Shown: piece after piece, positions 48,220-58,834 of the stretch
How positions within the stretch are numbered: position 1 is the stretch's first letter
Layout: every line of letters begins with the position of its first letter
From: an uncultured Planctomycetaceae bacterium
Lineage (GTDB): Bacteria; Planctomycetota; Planctomycetia; Pirellulales; UBA1268
Length of the DNA stretch: 63,237 nt
Assembly (NCBI GenBank): GCA_903919035.1
Contig: CAIXGY010000003.1
Span: 1 to 63,237 of the forward strand
Direction: 5' to 3'
Made by a program: the position numbers and the translations under genes
The notes under the pieces: model-generated
The model's input: only the letters and a program-made list of their open reading frames with translations
Databases searched by the model: none
What the model was told of the DNA's origin: nothing

Positions 48220-48693
48220 ATGCGCCGCCGCGCCTGCCTTGTCGCCCTCGCCGCCCTTCTCACCCTTCCGGAGCTCATCGTGGCCAACGCCCAACAGGAC
48301 AACACCGCCCCCAACCTTCCTGCCGGCGCTGGCAAAGTCGATGCCGACGCGCCCAAGGCGTTCCTCGCCACCTCCTCGGGACTCAAATACCGCGTGCTCC
48401 GCAAGGGCACGGGCGAGATGCCGAAGGCGACGAGCACCGTGAAGGTGAACTATCACGGCTGGCTCGACGACGGAAAGGTGTTCGACAGTTCCTACGAGCG
48501 TCGGGAGCCGATCGAATTTCCCCTGAACGGCGTGATCCCCGGCTGGACCGAGGGCATGCAACTCGTCGCACCGGGCGGCATGATCGAGCTCGAGATCCCC
48601 TCGAAGCTCGGCTACGGGGCCCGAGGGATCCCTGGCGTGATCCCCCCGGGCGCGACCCTGCACTTCCTCGTCGAACTCATCGAAGTGCGATAA
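48220..48693 (+). CDS. FKBP-type peptidyl-prolyl cis-trans isomerase (secreted)
   Basis: Signal peptide MRRRACLVALAALLTLPELIVANA. V.V.Y.G.L.DG..FDSSY.R..P..F.L..VI.GW.EG....GG...L.IP..LGYG..G....IPP.ATL.F.VEL. Confidence 0.88.
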   Translation: MRRRACLVALAALLTLPELIVANAQQDNTAPNLPAGAGKVDADAPKAFLATSSGLKYRVLRKGTGEMPKATSTVKVNYHGWLDDGKVFDSSYERREPIEFPLNGVIPGWTEGMQLVAPGGMIELEIPSKLGYGARGIPGVIPPGATLHFLVELIEVR

Positions 48694-48977
48694 CAGCCGC
48701 ACGAAACAGCCGGAGCGCGGCGCCGGTGGTGCGTGAAAGCCGGCGAGGTGCGCGCCCCTCGGCGACCCGGCTCGCCTGTGATCCTCGTGCGGAGGGAGGT
48801 ATCTCGTTCACAGCCGGCCTCCGCGCCCAACCGGCACGGTTCTGACCACACCATCTCGTCGGACGCTCGCTGCGTCGCGACCAATCCGCCTGCGGCGGAT
48901 CGGTGCCCGGTCTCTGCCGTCTCGCGGGGCTGGGCAGACCCGATCCTGCCTCGCTTCCGTGGGGAGAGGCGTGTGGT

Positions 48978-49113
48978 ATGCCCGTGCCGTCGAGCCGGCG
49001 TTGCTGGCCGAGCGCAGCCACGATGGCGAAGCGAGGGCAGCATCGAGTGAGTGACGGGCACGACGCCCGTCGCGAACGTCCGAGCGAGACGGCACGGGCA
49101 TCCACCACGCCGG
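48978..49113. repeat. MITE-like dispersed repeat, copy B (complete)
   Basis: 14-bp terminal inverted repeats ATGCCCGTGCCGTC (48978-48991) and GACGGCACGGGCAT (49088-49101). Internal hairpin at 49053-49071. 48993-49113 aligns with nt 1-121. Confidence 0.8.
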
Positions 49114-49167
49114 TTGGGCTCACGGACGATCTGGGGCTTCGGCAGGTAGGAGCGCAGGTGAGCCGGA

Positions 49168-52050
<2,883 letters not shown>

Positions 52051-53160
52051 TCAGTCGACGGCCAACGGCATGATCACGTAGCCGTATCCATCGTCGGTGC
52101 GGCAGACGCAGGCGCTCTGCGGGTCGGTGATCTCGACCACGACGGTGGAACCCCCGTCGAGGACGCGAAGGAAGTCGCCCACGAATCGGGGGTCGAGTTT
52201 GATCCGCACCGCGGCCCCGGCGTGATCCAAGGGCAGCTCGACGCGGCTCTCGCCGGTTTCGGCGGAGCGACCGGAGAGCACGAGTTGGCCGGGCTCGAAT
52301 GAGAAATCGACCCCCTTCGACTGCTCGCTCGTGACGATCGCCGCCTGACGCACGGCCGCCAGGAACGGTGCCGCCGGGAGACTCACCCGAATGGCGTCGG
52401 GACGCTCCGGGAAGACGTCTCGCCACCGCGGAAACCGACCCACCACGAGCCGTGCAGAGATCGTGGTCGAGCCGGAACGGACCAGGATTTCGTTCGTGTC
52501 TCCCGCCACCTGCACGGGGGCGTCGGCGGCACCGAGACAACGTTCGATGAGCTGCATCGCCCGGGCGGGCACGATCGGCTGGGCCGGCTGCGGCGCGCCA
52601 TGAACCGTGACCGGACCCTGCATCTTCGCCAGCCGCCGTCCGTCGGTACCGACCGCGATGATGCCCTCCGGCGACAACTCGAGCAGCACGCCGCCGAGCG
52701 CGTAGCGACTCGACTCGTTGTCGGTGGCGAACACGGTCCGGCGAACGAGCTCGCGAACCAAGGCCGTCGACAACTCGAAGTAGTCGGTCGCGCCGAACGC
52801 CGCCACTGCGGGAAACTCCAGCGGATCCTCGGCCGGCAGGCGAAACTCGCTTCGCGGCGCCTTGACCACCGTGGCCATGCCGTCGGCGATGATGTCGAAC
52901 ACGGTGCCCGCCGGACTTTCGCGAAGAATCGCCATGAGTCGTCCGCTCGGCAGGAGGACTGCACCGGGCGCGACGACGTCGACGCCCACGACCTCGACGC
53001 GGATGCCGACCTCCAGATCGGTGGCCGACAGCACCGCTCCTTCGGGGCCCGCTTCGAACTTCACGTTGGCCAAGACCGGCTTCGGGGAGCGGGCCGGAAC
53101 GACCGCGGAGGCGGCCTGCAGGGCGGCGAGCAGGGTCTCTTTGGGGCACCGAATCTTCAT
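52051..53160 (-). CDS. dnaN: DNA polymerase III beta sliding clamp
   Basis: MKIRCPKETLLAALQAASAVVPARSPKPVLANVKFE... Three-domain length (369 aa). C-terminal YGYVIMPL. Confidence 0.93.
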   Translation of the reverse strand: MKIRCPKETLLAALQAASAVVPARSPKPVLANVKFEAGPEGAVLSATDLEVGIRVEVVGVDVVAPGAVLLPSGRLMAILRESPAGTVFDIIADGMATVVKAPRSEFRLPAEDPLEFPAVAAFGATDYFELSTALVRELVRRTVFATDNESSRYALGGVLLELSPEGIIAVGTDGRRLAKMQGPVTVHGAPQPAQPIVPARAMQLIERCLGAADAPVQVAGDTNEILVRSGSTTISARLVVGRFPRWRDVFPERPDAIRVSLPAAPFLAAVRQAAIVTSEQSKGVDFSFEPGQLVLSGRSAETGESRVELPLDHAGAAVRIKLDPRFVGDFLRVLDGGSTVVVEITDPQSACVCRTDDGYGYVIMPLAVD

Positions 53161-53464
53161 GGAGGGCGTCGTGTCCTTTCCCGAGTCGATCTACCCGGCC
53201 GGAAGGCCGGCGCAGGACCCCCTACTGTACCTTTTCGGCCCTGGGAAACCTACCGCCCTACGACCGGCTTCCCGCGGTTCATCCGCCTCCGGTTTCTCCG
53301 CTGCTGAATCTTGTCCATGAGATGAATCAGGAATCAGGAACTAACGCACAGCATCAGGAAGCGGACTCACATCATGGACGACGCCGGGAGCCGGTGCAGC
53401 CGGTGAAACGGGCGAACGTATCGAGAAATCAAGCACGCGATCTGCGCACGCCGGCGCATTGAGA

Positions 53465-53473
53465 TGTGGATAG
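53465..53473 (-). promoter_or_regulatory. Near-consensus DnaA box (CTATCCACA; 8 of 9 to TTATCCACA)
   Basis: Plus strand reads TGTGGATAG. The only such box I found in the dnaA-like/dnaN spacer. Confidence 0.4.
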
Positions 53474-53584
53474 TCCGACGGAAACGCGTCGGTACGAGGC
53501 TGATTGCCGGTCGATGGGCCGGACGACGGCCCGACATGGGAGGTTCGATCCGCTGCCGCTTCGGCGGCGGTCGGTCGTCGGGGA

Positions 53585-54493
53585 TCACGCCAGTCGGCGT
53601 CGACCGCGACGTCGAATCGTCTGCCGTCCGTGTGCCACCGGCGAATCGACGCTCCCACGACATGTCTCGGCTGTCCGCGTGCCACCGCACAGGGACATGG
53701 TGATGCGTTGCACGTCGGCAGCCAGCGCGGGGTCGTGAGCCAGACGCGTGCCGCATGTCCGCACGGCATGGAGGACGGTCGTATGGTCGCGTCCTCCACA
53801 GGCGGCTCCGATGGACTGCAGGCTGCGGCCCGTGAGCTGGCGGGCGAGATACATTGCCAAACTCCTGGCGGCCGCGACCGTTCGCGCGCGAGACGGTCCC
53901 ACGACGGCCTCGGGCGTCACGTCATGGTGCCGGGCGGCGGCACGGACGATGCGACCCAGGGTGGGCGTGGCCCTCATGGTCGGCGCGGAGGCCGGTTCCG
54001 GTGCCTGCACCACCAGCCCCCCCGACAGCCGCGATGCGAGCTGGGGCACGAGCGTCTTGCCGGGATCGGGCGGCAGCGACACGACCCACATGGTTCCAGC
54101 GCACGACGACACGTCGAACAGATGAATGAGCGCGTGCTGCCGCTCCTCTCGTCGGATGCGTTCGATGCGATCGACCACGACCAGCCTGCTGGCCGCCAGT
54201 TCGACCGCCAGGCGGTCGAGGCGATCCCCCTCGATCGCCGCCGCGATCTCGCGGTCGAAGGTGCCGCCGTCGTGGAATGTCACGCCGGCGACGGCCTGGC
54301 CGCCCAGGGCCGCGGCGACGGTAGTGCCCGCCGTCGTGTCGCCGGATGTCAGGATCACGAGTGGCCCGAGCCCCCATGAATTGTTCCGGCCGGCCGGTCG
54401 GGCCATGCGGCCGGCGATCAGCCCGATCGCATGATCGAGAAGTGCCGACGAAGCCGGCCGTGCGTCGGCACGCAGGGAGACGGGCCGGGCCAT
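53585..54493 (-). CDS. DnaA-like protein: degenerate AAA+ module plus intact DnaA domain IV
   Basis: C-terminus AARSLAMYLARQLTGRSLQSIGAACGGRDHTTVLHAV is the DnaA domain IV signature. The central region aligns to DnaA Walker B through sensor I (LVVVDRIERIRREERQHALIHLFD...MWVVSLPPDP). Walker A reads LTSGDTTAGTT. Start set at ATG 54493; the ORF extends to 54562. Confidence 0.7.
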   Translation of the reverse strand: MARPVSLRADARPASSALLDHAIGLIAGRMARPAGRNNSWGLGPLVILTSGDTTAGTTVAAALGGQAVAGVTFHDGGTFDREIAAAIEGDRLDRLAVELAASRLVVVDRIERIRREERQHALIHLFDVSSCAGTMWVVSLPPDPGKTLVPQLASRLSGGLVVQAPEPASAPTMRATPTLGRIVRAAARHHDVTPEAVVGPSRARTVAAARSLAMYLARQLTGRSLQSIGAACGGRDHTTVLHAVRTCGTRLAHDPALAADVQRITMSLCGGTRTAETCRGSVDSPVAHGRQTIRRRGRRRLA

Positions 54494-54648
54494 CGCGGGA
54501 CTCCCCTCGGGTCTTCGGTGTGGCGTCCGTGCCGAGCCGCCTGCGGCGGTGCAGGTGCCCACAGAGACTAGCGCGCGGCGTGGCCGCGGTGAAGGAGGCC
54601 GCGTTTCGGACGGCCGTCAGCGCGGGCCTCGGGGTGCAACCCGATGCA

Positions 54649-55848
54649 TCAGCCGTCCCGTGGCGCCGCCATGCGGCTCAAGACCCGCGCGAGCCGGTCG
54701 ACGGCGGCATCGATGTCGACGGCCGTCGTGCGTGTGCCCAGGCTGAACCGCACCGCGGCCTGCACGTCCGCCTCGGGCAGACCCATCGCCACGAGCGCCC
54801 GAGCCGGTTCGCTCGATCCGCTCGCACATGCGGTTCCCGTGGCGCACCACACGCCCTCGAGGTCGGTCGCCATGACCACCGCCTGGCGGTCGCGGCCCGG
54901 GAAGGCGATCGTCGAGATGTGGGGAGCACGGACGGCGTCTGCGCCGATCACGCGGATTGCCACCCCGAGCGCCGCGGCGACGCCCGCGAGCCGGGCCTCG
55001 AACCGGTCGCGGAGTTGAGCCAGCCGCCGCGCGACGACTCCGCGTTCGGCGACCGCCAACTCCACGGCCCGGGCGAACCCCACGGCGAGGGCCACGGCCT
55101 CGGTGCCGCCGCGCAGGCCCCTCTCCTGAGTTCCCGGTGTCACCGGAACCAGGGCGACGTCGCGGCGCACGAGCAGGCAGCCGATGCCTCGCGGTCCACC
55201 GAACTTGTGCGGCGCCAGCGCGAGCGTCGCCGCCAACCCCGGTGGAAGTCCGAAGGGCGTCGAGGCTTCAGCGTTGAAGATCGCCTGCGTCGCATCGACG
55301 TGGATCAGGGGATCGCGTCCCGCATCGTCACGCCACCCCGCGATGCGGTCGGTGTCCTCGCGGGTGCCCGATTGGCTGCACACCAGCGTGACGCACATGA
55401 TCTCCGAGGTTCCGTCCGCGGCCGGGAGGGAGCAGAGCCCGAGCGTCCCGTCGGCCAACAGGGGCATCAGCACGGAATCCCAGCCGCGGGCGGCGAGGTC
55501 GCGGGCCGCGGCGCCGAGGCTCGAGTGGTCGCGAGGGGATGTCAGAACGCGGCCCCGCGAACCGGATGCCAGGCCGAGAACTCCCAGCCGGTTGGCCTCG
55601 GTGGCGCCGCTGGTGAACACGAGCCCGACGCCGGGGCCAAGATCGTGCCCCACGAGGCAGGCGATCCTGTCCCGCGCGTCGTCGAGCAGTCGGCGGGCCC
55701 GGCGACCGGCCGCATGCGGGCTCGACGGGTTGGCGAATCCCTCCTCGCGGACGGATTCCATCGCGGCGGCCACCTCCGGTGAGAGCGGCGTGGCCGCGGC
55801 GTGGTCGAGGTAGATGGACTCGGGCGAGCGCGGGGCCTCGGAGGTCAT
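54649..55848 (-). CDS. Cysteine desulfurase (class V aminotransferase, NifS/IscS family)
   Basis: IYLDHAAATP, NPSS.H..G, FTSGATEAN, H.DA.Q, and the PLP-Lys context APHKFGGP.G.G.L. Confidence 0.85.
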   Translation of the reverse strand: MTSEAPRSPESIYLDHAAATPLSPEVAAAMESVREEGFANPSSPHAAGRRARRLLDDARDRIACLVGHDLGPGVGLVFTSGATEANRLGVLGLASGSRGRVLTSPRDHSSLGAAARDLAARGWDSVLMPLLADGTLGLCSLPAADGTSEIMCVTLVCSQSGTREDTDRIAGWRDDAGRDPLIHVDATQAIFNAEASTPFGLPPGLAATLALAPHKFGGPRGIGCLLVRRDVALVPVTPGTQERGLRGGTEAVALAVGFARAVELAVAERGVVARRLAQLRDRFEARLAGVAAALGVAIRVIGADAVRAPHISTIAFPGRDRQAVVMATDLEGVWCATGTACASGSSEPARALVAMGLPEADVQAAVRFSLGTRTTAVDIDAAVDRLARVLSRMAAPRDG

Positions 55849-55891
55849 GACGTCGAGTGTAGGTCAGGGCCACCCATGACCCGTCGCCGGA

Positions 55892-57097
55892 TCAGACCGC
55901 CGCGTCCGCAAGAAATTTTTCGATCCGATCGAGGCCACGGGAGAGCTTTTCCTCGCTGGCGGCGAACGACATGCGGACGTGGCCCTCTGAGCCGAAGGCG
56001 CTGCCGGCCACCAGGGCCACCTGCTCGCGGTCGAGGAGCGCCTCGCACCAGGCGAGGCTCGTGCGGATGTCGCGGGATCGGGCGAGACACTCGCGGATGT
56101 CGAAGAACGCGTAGAAGGCACCGCCGATTTCGGGGATCCGCACGCCCGGCAGCGCACGCAATCTGGCGGCCACGAGGTCGCGGCGCTTCTGGAAGGCGCG
56201 GCACATCTCGGCCACGCACTCCTGCGGGCCGGTGAGCGCCGCAAGCGCCGCGTGCTGGCTGACGCTCGAGGGATTGCTCGTCTCCTGGCTCTGCAGGTTG
56301 CCGAGCGCCTTGGCCAATGGTTCGGGGCAGATCGTCCACCCGATCCGCCAGCCGGTCATCGAGTAGGTCTTGCTCACGCCGGCCACGACCACCGTGCGAT
56401 CGGCGAGGCCGGGTCGCAGCGTGGGAAACGACGGCGACTGACGGCCGTCGAACACGAGCTGGTCGTAGATTTCATCGGCCACGACGGCCAGGTCGGCCTC
56501 CATCGCCACATCGGCCAGGGCGCGGAGCTCGTCGGGCGTGTAGACGACGCCCGTCGGATTGCTCGGGGAGCACATCAGGAGGATCCGGGAGCGGGGCGTC
56601 AGCGCGGCCCGCAAGGCGGCTGGAGACAGCTTGAAATCGTCTTCGATCCTGGTTTCGACGAGCACCGGCCGGCCGCCGGCGAGCTTCACGAGCTCCGCGT
56701 AACTCACCCAGTAGGGTGCCGGCACGATCACCTCGTCGCCGGCGTTCACCAGCGCCGTGAATGCGTTGTGGAGGGCGTGCTTCGCGCCATTCGAGACGAT
56801 GACCTGGGCGGGCGTGACCGGCAGGCCGCTGCGGCGGGCGTAGTCGGCCGCCACGGCCTTGCGCAGGTCGGGGATTCCGGCCGCCGGGGTGTATTTCGTG
56901 CGGCCGGCACGGATCGCCGCCTCGGCGGCCCGACAGATGTGGTCGGGTGTCGGGAAATCGGGTTCACCGACCGAGAGATCGATGACATCGGCGCCGGATG
57001 CCGCGAGGGCGGAGGCTCGGGCGGCCATGGCCAGCGTGGCCGACGGTTCGAGCGCGGCCATGCGGCCGGCGAGCCGGAGACAGGTGGATGCACTCAT
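55892..57097 (-). CDS. Pyridoxal-phosphate-dependent aminotransferase (aspartate aminotransferase-like, class I)
   Basis: VIDLSVGEPDF.TP, Y.P.AG...LR.A.A, PAPYWVSY, NP.NPTG, and SKTYSMTGWRIGW (PLP-Lys). Confidence 0.88.
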   Translation of the reverse strand: MSASTCLRLAGRMAALEPSATLAMAARASALAASGADVIDLSVGEPDFPTPDHICRAAEAAIRAGRTKYTPAAGIPDLRKAVAADYARRSGLPVTPAQVIVSNGAKHALHNAFTALVNAGDEVIVPAPYWVSYAELVKLAGGRPVLVETRIEDDFKLSPAALRAALTPRSRILLMCSPSNPTGVVYTPDELRALADVAMEADLAVVADEIYDQLVFDGRQSPSFPTLRPGLADRTVVVAGVSKTYSMTGWRIGWTICPEPLAKALGNLQSQETSNPSSVSQHAALAALTGPQECVAEMCRAFQKRRDLVAARLRALPGVRIPEIGGAFYAFFDIRECLARSRDIRTSLAWCEALLDREQVALVAGSAFGSEGHVRMSFAASEEKLSRGLDRIEKFLADAAV

Positions 57098-57393
57098 AGA
57101 TAAGGAAGGGGCGGATGAACTCCAAAAGGGTCCAGGACACGACGTGATCGCTCGATGACCGACGCGCTCACGACGACTGAAGCCGCCATCATACCAACCA
57201 CGACGCGACCACCCCGGGAGCGCGTCGGTCGTGACGCGACGCGGAACCTCGGCAGAAAATTCCCGGATTTCTCTTGACAGTTTTCATTCCCATCCTTCAC
57301 AACCATCGCAACGTCGCCCGATCCCTCAGCCAGAGCGCCCCGGGGATCGGGCGTGTGAAGCGTGTTCGGGCGCTCGTGGAAGGAGCCAGATCG

Positions 57394-57456
57394 ATGGCCA
57401 AGAAGAAGAAGAAGGCCGCCAAGAAGGCCGCCAAGAAGAAGAAGGGCCACGGCTGA
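57394..57456 (+). CDS. 20-aa poly-lysine micro-ORF (MAKKKKKAAKKAAKKKKGHG)
   Basis: ATG at 57394 with GGAAGGAG 8 nt upstream. 11 of 20 codons are Lys, all AAG. Lies between a TTGACA element and a strong terminator. Coding status is unproven. Confidence 0.45.
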   Translation: MAKKKKKAAKKAAKKKKGHG

Positions 57457-57633
57457 GTCATCCGGTGAAGTGCCCGCCTCGCGGGTGCTTCGCCACCGGC
57501 GTCGCCTCGCGCGGCGCCACGGATGACCCATGCCACGGCGGCCTCGTTCGCGAGGCTCCCGTGCCCTGTGTGCCGCGGCCCTCCCCGCCTTCGTGCGGGG
57601 TCGTGACCGGGGCGATCAGCGTTCAGACGAGAA

Positions 57634-57681
57634 AGGCCGGCCCGGGCCCTTGGGCGCCCGGGCCGGCCTGATTGTTTTGTG
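57634..57681 (+). terminator. Rho-independent terminator
   Basis: 14-bp GC stem AGGCCGGCCCGGGC / GCCCGGGCCGGCCT with an 8-nt loop, followed by GATTGTTTTGTG. Confidence 0.7.
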
Positions 57682-57778
57682 ATCGCGTGGAAACGCCCCT
57701 CCGGAACCGTTTCCGGTGCGTCGGCGGCTCTGGATCGGTGCCGGCCGACGTCCCTCCATTTCTGGCTACGATCGAGGC

Positions 57779-58834
57779 ATGTCTCGAGCGCACTCCTCGC
57801 CGTCGCCACCGTCCACGGCCCCGGCACGCCGCGGCGACTTCCTGCTCGTCGCGTGCCAGGCAGGGGCCGAGGCGGCGGTGGCGTCCCGGCAGGAACTCGC
57901 GGTGCCGGGCATGCGAAAGGCCGCCTGGCGGCGGGGAGTCGTGACGTTCCGGCTCGACCCGGGCTCCGACCCGGCCGACGATTTCTTTCCGCACGAGCTC
58001 GTCTTCGCGCGGGCCTGCGTGCGTTCGCTCGGCCAGGTGACCGGTGCCGACGAGCCCACCCTGGCCGCCCACGCCATCGCACTGGCCGGCCCTGCCGGCT
58101 GGCAGAACATCCACGTGTGGGGTCGTGTGCCGGCGGTGTCCGCGGACGTCGATGGCATCCGCGCGCGGCTCCTCGAGGCCTGTGGGATCGGTGTGGTGGC
58201 GGAGGTGGCGGAGCCGGGGGATCTCGTCCTCGACATCGTCGTCGATGCGGCGGACCGCTGGTGGGTCGGCTGGCACCGCGCGGCGACGCTCGCCAGTCGG
58301 TGGCCGGGCGGGATCTATCCGCACACGCTTCCCGACGGCAAGGTGTCGCGTGCCTGGCTCAAGCTCGACGAGGCGATCGCCACGTTCGCCATCCCATTCG
58401 AGGCCGGCCAGCGGGCCGTCGAGTTCGGCGCGGCCCCCGGGGGCGCGTGTCAACGGCTCCTGGAGGCCGGGCTGCGGGTGGTCGCGGTCGATCCGGCCCT
58501 CGTCGATGAACGCGTGGCCTCCCACCCCCGCTTCCAACAGTGGCGGATGCGGGCCCGCGACGTGAAGCTGCGGCAGTGTCGCGACATCGACTGGCTCGTG
58601 TGTGACATGAACATCGACCCCCGCAGCACGCTCGAGTCGATCGGCCGGGTCGTGTCGGCGCCGGGATGCCGCCCGCGGGGCGTCGTGGCCACGCTCAAGA
58701 TTCCAGACTGGTCGCGGGCCGCCGAATTGCCGGACTGGCTGGCGAGTTTTGCGTCGTGGGGATTGCAGCCGCGGGCGCGGCAGTTGTCCACGGCCGGCCG
58801 TGAGGTCTGCGTGGTCGCGGGCCCGGCGAGGTGA
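57779..58834 (+). CDS. RlmM-like SAM-dependent (FtsJ-fold) RNA methyltransferase
   Basis: SRAWLKLDEA, AVEFGAAPGG (SAM loop), DWLVCDM. N-terminal THUMP-like region of matching length. Confidence 0.65.
   Translation: MSRAHSSPSPPSTAPARRGDFLLVACQAGAEAAVASRQELAVPGMRKAAWRRGVVTFRLDPGSDPADDFFPHELVFARACVRSLGQVTGADEPTLAAHAIALAGPAGWQNIHVWGRVPAVSADVDGIRARLLEACGIGVVAEVAEPGDLVLDIVVDAADRWWVGWHRAATLASRWPGGIYPHTLPDGKVSRAWLKLDEAIATFAIPFEAGQRAVEFGAAPGGACQRLLEAGLRVVAVDPALVDERVASHPRFQQWRMRARDVKLRQCRDIDWLVCDMNIDPRSTLESIGRVVSAPGCRPRGVVATLKIPDWSRAAELPDWLASFASWGLQPRARQLSTAGREVCVVAGPAR

Noticed and set aside
57231-57671. A 146-aa ORF spanning the poly-lysine locus in another frame, and a 25-aa ATG ORF at about 57526-57603.
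   Set aside because: No SD and no family signal. They overlap the hairpin and terminator structures, and the composition is typical of non-coding GC-rich sequence.
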